Shown here piece by piece: positions 22,905 to 32,500 of a DNA stretch of 43,345 bases. This DNA comes from Macrostomum lignano (Eukaryota): the NCBI GenBank assembly GCA_002269645.1, contig NIVC01004524.1, forward strand, positions 1-43,345, given 5' to 3'. Below the pieces are notes generated by a model, which saw only the letters and a list, made by a program, of their open reading frames with translations, had not been told where the DNA came from and made no database searches. The position numbers and the translations under genes were made by a program. Positions within the stretch are counted from its first letter, which is position 1. The number at the start of each line of letters is the position of its first letter.

Positions 22905-23185
22905 ATTGGCTCAGGAGAGTCACGTGACGATGTTTTAATTGGCTCAGAGAAGTCACGTGACGATGTTTCATTTGGCTCGGAGAATTCACGTCGTGACTAT
23001 GTTTCAATTAGCTGATGGAAGTCACGTGACTGTTTAAATTGGCTCAGAAAAGTCACGTGACTATGTTTTTATTGGGTCAGAAAAAGTCACGTGACTTATG
23101 ATTTGTCCAATAGCAACAAGCCCTGCCCGAGCGGAACACTGATATGTACAAATACTTCGTATATCCATCCTCTGTCACGTGACTT
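22905..23185. promoter_or_regulatory. Array of palindromic E-boxes GTCACGTGAC paired with reverse CCAAT boxes
   Basis: Perfect GTCACGTGAC at 22919, 22952, 23021, 23052, 23086 and 23174, most preceded by ATTGG(C/G)TCAG. Function not shown. Confidence 0.5.
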
Positions 23186-24779
23186 TACTTACTACTGAAT
23201 TGGAGATAGTAGGCGACCAGTAATCTTTGTAATAATTTTAGATTCTTTACCCAAGCACCTACTTTGATATACCTACTGTATTGCTTTAAGTACTATCACC
23301 AACACAGACAATTTTTTCTAAATAATTTAACACCAACCCTGCAGCTATTAAATAGTTTTCAAATTTGTAAATTTTTGTTTTAATTCTTAGCCTAACTCGC
23401 CCTGACAATATCATTACGCTCTGTCTGCTTCGCATATCACTTGATCGTTTTCAATAATTTATATATATGTCATATATCTGTCTGACTGTCTGTCTTTGTC
23501 AATCTTTTATTTGTAACATTTGCTTCTATTTTTATTTCTATCCAATGATGAAGAATAGAAATCCCGCAGTTATCGTGAGACTTTGTTAAAACAAAAATTG
23601 ATCTGTTGTCGTTAATAACTGATTGCACTTTTAATTAGTAGTTGTTGTTTGATAACATGGCAGCTTATGTTTGTGTGTTTTAAAATACAGATTATAAAGC
23701 GCTTAAAAAAGTCTGTTTAAACCTGTGGTCAGGATGAATTTACAGGTAAAAACTCGTCATCTGTTTCAAAGATTTTCACACCGCGCTTTTTATAACAAAA
23801 AATTCAGTTAAAGCTTATCGATGCGTTTTTATCAGCTGCTTCTGTCGCACAAAAAGCTCTCCGCTTTCCTTCTTGTTGGTTTCTATTTTGGTTTCCTTTT
23901 TCTGCTTATCAATTTTAGTAATTTGCTTTTTTTGCGTCTTACCAACTGCCGTCTGGTGATGGTGATCGCTTTTTTTGGCCCGTGTGCACCTGCAACTAGC
24001 AAAATGATTTACTATTGTTATTATTAACATTATTATTATTATGGACTGTCTGTATCGCACCGGGTTGCTGTGACCGCCAACCGTCGTAGCGGCGCGACTT
24101 TTTATTGATATATTTCTAAGTAGTCACGTGTGTACATAACTTTTATTACATATATATATATATGAATTCATATATAGCTGTTTTTTGCTTCTTCAGTTAT
24201 TATTTATGCCCACTCTTTGTCTGTTTTGATCTTCTTTAACTAATTATCGTCTATGAAATCAGCGCACTGGGATTTCATCGCCTGCCCTCAGAATTCATCA
24301 TGTTTTCTCGATTTGTGTTCAGATCTGCGTTCGAATTCACTCACCGACTCGCCGTTTAATCATTGTAGCCGAAGTTTTATATATAACTGTCTGTAAAGAC
24401 ATTGTCATCTCCCCATTTTTTGACGCAAAGAAATAACTAAAATCATGTTCTAGTAGTCCAGTTTTAGCGCAAAGCAGATTTAAAAAGTAAAAGAGCGTAA
24501 GCGTTTATTAAGTCCAATCAAGTCCTTAAATGTTTTTTTGTCGTTTTGCGCAACGGATCCTCTATGTGTGTTAAAAATATATATTATAAATTTCTTAAAA
24601 ACTCACACAGTAAAAAAGCCTGCATACAAATCTCATTGGTTTTATATTCACTAACTAAACACTAATTTCATTTTGTCTGTCATCCTTGAATTCGCTTACT
24701 ATGGGCGTTAAACATTTCTTAAGAAACAGTTGCGTTCGTTCTGTTTTGTTTTTTACGATTGGCCAATATGAGTCTACGT

Positions 24780-25470
24780 AGGCCATTTTAATGTGTGCAT
24801 TGATTGCGAAGCTTTCTCTTCAGCCAATCAGCGATGACTTGTTGATAAGGGAAATAACAGTTGGGGTGAAGACCATTTCAATGTGTGCATTTGATTGCGA
24901 GGCTTTCTCGTCAGCCAATCAGCGATGACTTGCTGATAAGGGAAATAACAGTTGGGGTGAAGACCATTTCAATGTGTGCATTTGATTGCGAAGCTTTCTC
25001 GTCAGCCAATCAGCGATGACTTGCTGATAAGGGAAATAACAGTTGGGGTGAAGACCATTTCAATTTGTGCATTTGATTGCGAAGCTTTCTCGTCAGCCAA
25101 TCAGCGATGACTTGCTGATAAGGGAAATAACAGTTGGGGTGAAGACCATTTTAATGTGTGCATTGATTGCGAAGCTTTCTCTTCAGCCAATCAGCGATGA
25201 CTTGCTGATAAGGGAAATAACAGTTAGGGTGAAGGCCATTTTAATGTGTGCATTGATTGCGAAGCTTTCTCTTCAGCCAATCAGCGATGACTTGCTGATA
25301 AGGGAAATAACAGTTGGGGTGAAGACCATTTCAATGTGTGCATTTGATTGCGAGGCTTTCTCGTCAGCCAATCAGCGATGACTTGCTGATAAGGGAAATA
25401 ACAGTTGGGGTAAAGACCATTTTAATGTGTGCATTTGATTGCGAAGCTTTCTCGTCAGCCAATCAGCGAT
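24780..25470. repeat. ~91-bp tandem repeat x~7.5 with CAGCCAATCAG and TGATAAG motifs
   Basis: Direct reading; ends ~850 bp upstream of the tentative Kv3 ATG. Confidence 0.95.
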
Positions 25471-26327
25471 CATTGATTACGAGTCGTATATTCAAGTTTT
25501 TTGTGCAAATAACTTAAAAAATAATTATTTTACCCCATTGTCTGCGGATTTAACCGTCTTAGCTGCAGGGCGGTCCGAAGAGGATTTAAGCGTCACCTAC
25601 ACGATGCTAAAACAACAATGAACCGAATGAGCAATTCGGTCGTTGTAGAGAGGAGAAATAAACAGTTGGACCAATGGCCACTCCGCTCCGAATATATTTT
25701 ATTTAATTTCGCTTCGGTGCAGAGCTGCAGTCCTGATTCTTGCCATAACGGCATGAAGGTGTGAGCCCCACTGTTTTAAACTGTTTCTCAACCCTATAGC
25801 TCCTTCTCCTACTCGGGTATTTTTTCCACTCGTCTCCGTAGGATGGGGAGGGGTTTGCGTGGAGAAAAACAAAAAACTGAAAATGAGAATACAGGCAACA
25901 GAAATTGCAATTGTGGGCCATTCGTTTTGTGAAGTACTTGGACCATGCAGCTATTTGGCGAGAGTATTCTCTTTCGCCAGTTAATTATGGCCACTTCTAT
26001 CTCTCGGTCTGTCTTCTCTGTGTTTCTCTTCTGCCACAGAGAGCGGCTCAACCACCCACCGAGCCGTGCTCAGCATAATCTGGTCATTCTCGAGTTCATA
26101 TCTTTGGCTTCGGCGAACGCAGCCAACTCTAACTGAATTTTGCTCTGCGCATTAAATAAGCGGCCTAAATAATAACCTAGTTTCACTTGTTCGAATCAAA
26201 ATTAATTTCGCACCTAAAAATGTCGAAACCGGAGAGACAAGTAAATATAAACAAGCGTTAGTTGTTGAGTCAATTATTGGCAACTAGTTGCAATCGACTC
26301 GGCACTTGTGGAAGATTCTGGTTCAAA

Positions 26328-26496
26328 ATGGCTTCGCCTTCGATAGCTACCGTCGGGGAAGAGCAGCAGCAGCAGGGAGCAGCTCCGCAAACCGTCAGTC
26401 AGCGCAGAGTCGGCAGGCGCTGCGGCATTATCGGGGGAGCGGCGATGTCAACAACCTCCGGGCTGGCGTCGGGCGAGTCAAGGCGAAGCATGCCCT
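26328..26496 (+). CDS. Tentative Kv3 first coding exon ([10 protein letters not shown]...RRSMP)
   Basis: AAAATGG start context; CT|GTGAGT donor in phase 1 matches the acceptor at 29453. Confidence 0.5.
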
Positions 26497-29400
26497 GTGA
26501 GTTGGGAAGAGTTCTCAGTCAGTGACTTGCAGAAAGTTGTTCGAGGCAAAGGTCAAAAGTTCAATTAGTTAGATCATGACACCCGTTCAGCCGAACTCTG
26601 ACTTTAACTCACGAGTTTCTCACTGTTTGCCAAGTTTTGGTGACAACGACCTTTTCATGGACAGCTGAAAATAAGTCGCGGACTGGAGGCCCAATTTTTT
26701 CTGAGTTTGTTTAATTCTCTCATTATACACCCATAGTGACCCTTTTAGTCTGACTAGGAACCCATGAGCTCAATATTTACACAATTTTGGGTCAAGAAAA
26801 AGCATGAAAACCATAATGTGGAGGTTGGTTTGCAAATTTAGGCAATTTAGGCAAATTCTGCTATTAGACATTGGGTTGCTTGTCATTCTAAATGACTTTA
26901 CTATCTAGATGACAGTCGGTAAACTTGCAAAGCCTCTACTCCAGGGGTTGAAAAACTTTTTTACCTCAAGGGCCAGGTGTAGAACCTAGCTAATGAGGAG
27001 AGAGAGGAGAGGGAATAGAGAAGAGAGAGAAAAGATACGAGAAGGGATCGAGACGAGGGAATGAAGGAAAAAGTAGGAGACGAAAGAAGAGAAAGGGAGG
27101 GGAGAGGAAAAGAGAGATGAGAGATGAGGAGAGAGGAGATTAGATAAGGAAAGGAGATAGAAAAAAGAGGAGAGGGGAAATCGAGGACAAAGGAGAAGAG
27201 ATATGAGAGATCAAGAGAGAAGATAGGAGAGATTCGACTAGATATCTGAAAGGAGACACCTTGAGCGGACAGGATTGCTACTGTAAAATTTCAAATGACC
27301 CGATCGCGAGGGCCGGATTGAGAGGCTTTGTCGACCCCTGATTTACTTACTACGTGGTAGATAAATCGCCAGTGCATTTATTTTAGAGCGATTTTATGGC
27401 ATAATTTGAGCTCAGGTTTTATTGGATGAAATATAACAACCAGAGCTCAGATTGACTCCAAAATTTCACACCATTTTAACAAAACTTTTGCGTCGTTTAG
27501 TCCCATAAAAAAGTTCCAAATCACGACGCTAAATGATGCGAAACGAAAACTTACATTCAAAATGCCCTGTGCTTGCCTTGAAACATTCCAAGCCAGGAAA
27601 CCAGACTTAAAATTGGGTCTTTTCACTGATTAACGATTCTGTCTGACCGCTCAGTCTTCAACTTCACTCCCCATCTTTAATCCCATCTTCAATCCCATCT
27701 TCAATCTCCACCTTCATTGCCCTTTTTCAATCCCCATCTTCAATCTTCATCTTCACTCCCCATCTTCACTCCCCATCTTCAATCCCAATCTTCACTCCCC
27801 ATCTTCAATCCCCATCTTCAATCCCCATCTTTGATCCCCATCTTCAATCCCCATCTTTGATCCCCATCTTTGATCCCCATCTTCAATCCCAATCTTCAAT
27901 CCCCATCTTCACTCCCCATCTTTAATCCCCATCTTCACTCCCCATCTTCAATCCCCATCTTTGATCCCCATATTCAATCCCCATCTTCACTCCCCATCTT
28001 CACTCCCCATCTTCACTCCCCATCTTCACTCCCCATCTTCAATCCCCATCTTTAATCCCCATCTTCAATCCCCATCTTCAATCCCCATCTTCAATCCCCA
28101 TCTTCAATCCCCATCTTCAATCCCCATCTTCAATCCCCATCTTCAATCCCCATCTTCAATCCCCATCTTCAATCCCCATCTTTAATCCCCATCTTCACTC
28201 CCCATCTTTAATCCCCATCTTCACTCCCCATCTTCACTCCCCATCTTCACTCCCCATCTTCAATCCCCATCTTCAATCCCCATCTTCAATCCCCATCTTT
28301 AATCCCAATCTTCACTCCCCATCTTCAATCCCCATCTTCACTCCCCATCTTCACTCCCCATCTTCAATCCCCATCTTTGATCCCCATCATCTGTGCTGCT
28401 CAATCCTCCCCTTCTTGACCTCAATTTTGAATATTCTCTTAGCCAGAACTTTTCCTCTTTTCAACTCGAAGTGATCGAAGCTTGTATTTGTGGTTTTCCC
28501 AGAATTTTCGGCTCCGCCTTTTCCCTCGTTTTAAGCAGTCAAACTCAGAACTGATTCTGCCAGCCAGAGTCAATGGATTTCCTCACAGAACAGCCCGAAC
28601 CCTTTAATTGGCCCTACATTATCGTAATCAATCAATGCAGTGACTGACCTCCAGACACCGACCATTCGTTCAGTGGCTGCCCCAAAAGTGCCATTTAATC
28701 GCTGATTGATGGGCACACCCCCCCCCCCCCCGACTGAAGGCAGCATGACTGAAGCTCACTCAGAACTTATTGATTGCCAAATCTCAATCATATCTCCAGC
28801 AAAGTTTTATCTTGTTCAGTTAATCTTTGTAGAATGGCTTTTGAGTCGATGTTTTGTGCATTATAGTATTCTCGTACTGCATAAAATCGTACAACTGTAA
28901 AAGTGTATAAACGGCATTTCTACTGCTAGTAAAGTTTGTAGGGTTAAGAAGCGTGCACAATATTCTTAGCAGAAAGTTTAAAACAAAACTTCCATAAAGT
29001 TTATAGTACAGCTCGTTCTTTGAAGAAAGAATATCAAATCCCAGTTGCTGTCTGCCACATCCCAAAGCCGCGAAGGTCATTTAACCAATTTTCTTATTAC
29101 AATAACTGAGGAATAAAGTTCGACCCTTCTAAGAAACAGAGACATTCGATCGTATCCAGCGACTTAAAAATAACGACAAAGAAGCTGAACGGGGTCCACA
29201 GCGTGCTTGGGGAATTACCTGCATGGCACTTAATTCGCTCCGTTCTTCTCCTATCTGAGTTTTCCATTTTCAAGAGCTCCTCCCGCACCTGCGTTCGATA
29301 TTTGCCATTAGCGAGGCTGGATTTGAAATCGAGATGAGGGGGATAGGAAGATATTGGAAAATGGCTGAGACCTGAGGCCTGAGAATGATAAATAGCCACC

Positions 29401-29526
29401 CAATGTCCTGCGCAGCCTTCCTGCCGAGCGCTGTACAATTGTCAGTGTCGCAGGTTTAGAAGTCAGGCCGCCAAACAGCATGTTCAGGCCGCAGCTCAGA
29501 AACAGCCGCAGGAATGCCAGCATAAT

Positions 29527-29558
<32 letters not shown>

Positions 29559-32500
29559 CGCAACAAAATCAACGGTCGAGCCAAAAGGAGCAAACACTGA
29601 GGAGCGAACACCAGCGAGCAGCTTTGCGAAGCAGATCGACGAGTCATATGCTTGACTGTTGTTGCTCCCACTTGCATTTCAACAGCTGCTGCCGCTGCTG
29701 CTGCTGTTTTTGTGAATGCAACTTGCACCAAGTCTGCCACGGTTGCATCGGTGCCTGCACAAACTGCTCCAACATCTGCTTCTGCGACAGCGAGACTGGA
29801 AGCAATTGTGCCCAGTGCTCAAGTTAGTCCTGCCTTTTTGCTAACTCTTAGTCAGTCAGTGAGTCAGTCAGTCAGTGAGTCAGTGAGTCAGTCAGTCAGT
29901 CAGTCAGTCAGTCAGTCAGTCAGTCAGTCAGTCAGTCAGTCAGTCAGTCAGTCAGTCAGTCAGTCAGTCAGTCAGTCAGTCAGTCAGTCAGTCAGTCAGT
30001 CAGTCAGTCAGTCAGTCAGTCAGTCAGTCAGTCAGTCAGTCAGTCAGTCAGTCAGTCAGTCAGTCAGTCAGTCAGTCAGTCAGTCAGTCAGTCAGTCAGT
30101 CAGTCAGTCAGTCAGTCAGTCAGTCAGTCAGTCAGTCAGTCAGTCAGTCAGTCAGTCAGTCAGTCAGTCAGTCAGTCAGTCAGTGAGTGAGTGAGTCAGT
30201 CAGTCAGTCAGTCAGTCAGTCAGTGAGTCAGTCAGTGAGTCAGTCAGTCAGTCAGTCAGTCAGTGAGTGAGTGAGTCAGTCAGTCAGTCAGTCAGTCAGT
30301 CAGTCAGTCAGTCAGTCAGTCAGTCAGTCAGTCAGTCAGTCAGTCAGTCAGTCAGTCAGTCAGTCAGTCAGTCAGTCAGTCAGTCAGTCAGTCAGTCAGT
30401 CAGTCAGTCAGTCAGTTAGTCAGCACGAGAGCGCAGGGCCCGAAGCGATGACAGGGGGCTTCGCCAGAACAGGCAGCCCACTCTTCTATTTGCAGCGCCT
30501 GCAGTCGGGAACCCAGCCCAGTCCTGCATGTTTAACAGACTTGGCTAGCAAAAATTATCATTCCTTCAGCGCAGTAGTCTCGGTAAAATGCTGCCCCATT
30601 AGCCTAGTAAGCCTTTACAAGCTTTTTAGAAGAAAGCCTTTAGAAGAAGGACTGCCCTCTCGGTGCGTTAAAAGGACCCTTTGGCCGGCAGAAGATATCG
30701 AGTCTGACACTTTGGGCGCTAATTCGAGACACTACTGCAAACGAATGCTGCATGCGGATTCCAACTACAATAAATCTCCACGGAGACTGCAGAATGCCAT
30801 GCATATAGCTATAGGGTTAAGTCTAACCCGCACAGGGCCCCAACTCCCAACTCTCCCTGCTTGCCTCTCCCGTCTCTCAGTGGGATTGGACCTCGCCTCC
30901 AGCCTCCTCCTCCTCCATTCCTGACAACTTTTCGCCCTGATATCAGCGCCAGTTCATTGGGCCGCTAGGCGGATTGTCGGCAAGGAAACAAAAATAGCTC
31001 CAATAGCTTTGCCAACTCTGTCGCGGAATAAACGTTCTAAAAAGCGTTCTGTAAGAATCCTCAGACGAAACCTCTTCTAACCGAATTCAGTCAGCAGCTT
31101 CCGAGAACGACGCCGGGCAGACTCGGAAGACCGAGACGCTGAAAACGACCAGCAGGCGATCGGCAACCAGAGCAACCCTCTTGACGGAGCAGCGGAACAG
31201 CGGCCAAGACGCCATCGCCGCTGTCATCGACGCCGGGGAACAACTACAGCGGCTGGAGCCACAGACTCTGGCATGTCCATAGCGCCGGCTGTTTCTGCGG
31301 CCGCAGCAATGGTCGCTGGCACTGCAGTGGCCTCGATGGCGGCGGCTCGCGCTGGCTCGCTGGCCAAGGCGGGCAGCATCGCGCCCGGCCGCCCGCCGCC
31401 GCCGGAGAACCGCATCGTCATCAACGTCGGCGGCGTCCGCTTCGAGACGTACAAATCCACGCTGAAGAACATCCCGGACACGCGGCTGGCCTGGCTAACG
31501 GAGACCACGTCAACTAACAATGCCGATTTCGACCCGGACACTGGCGAGTACTTCTTCGACAGGCACAGCGGCGTGTTCGCAATGATCCTCAACTACTACC
31601 GCACCGGCCGGCTGCACACCCCCATGGACATCTGCGGCCCCATGTTCGAGGAGGAGCTGGCCTACTGGGGCATCGACGAGAAGCAGATGGAGTCCTGCTG
31701 CTGGACCACCTACCGGACCCACCGGGACGCGCAGGAGACCCTCGCTGAGCTGAACGGCGGCGAACTGTCTGACGATGACGACGACGACGGTGAGAATGAC
31801 ACGGCGAAGAAGTTCGGCATCGAAGAGGCCGCCGCGCCTGAGCTCACCTGGTGGCAGCGCTGCCGGCCCAGGGCCTGGGCCTGGCTGGAGGGGCAGGGAG
31901 TCGGAGTGCCCGGGAAGGTGAGACTGACTGACTGACTGACTGACTGACTGACTGACTGACTGACTGACTGACTGACTGACTGACTGACTGACTGACTGAC
32001 TGACTGACTGACTGACTGACTGACTGACTGACTGACTGACTGACTGACTGACTGACTGACTGACTGACTGACTGACTGACTGACTGACTGACTGACTGAC
32101 TGACTGACTGACTGACTGACTGACTGACTGACTGACTGACTGACTGACTGACTGACTGACTGACTGACTGACTGACTGACTGACTGACTGACTGACTGAC
32201 TGACTGACTGACTGACTGACTGACTGACTGACTGACTGACTGACTGACTGACTGACTGACTGACTGACTAATCTATTGCATGAACACTATGGCACTTTGG
32301 CTCAGACAACGGTGCAGCACTAAGTTTTGTGCAGTTGTTGACACGAACATGCGAACAGCAGTTGTGAAGGGAAATAACATTTTAGCTCTGATGAAGTTAA
32401 TCCCTGCAATTTATCTTCACGTTCTAGGTGGGGGGACGTTGGCATTCCTTTCATTGAGATTTGCGCGTGTCAATGTTGTTTACTTTGTCAGCAGTGCTAT

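Noticed and set aside
22905-23185. ER stress element (CCAAT-N9-CCACG)
   Set aside because: Motif order and sequence are different (E-box precedes CCAAT on the strand reading CCAAT).
23815-25621. Short ORFs at 23815-24060, 23821-24027, 25067-25381, 25439-25621
   Set aside because: AT-rich UTR/intergenic sequence or translation of the 91-bp repeat; no motifs.
30424-30924. 167-codon open frame after the TCAG tract, with a faint OB-fold-like LTLW motif in an adjacent frame
   Set aside because: Needs frameshifts or unsupported splices to look like a domain; no family recognised. Kept only as a possible continuation of the overlapping-frame model.
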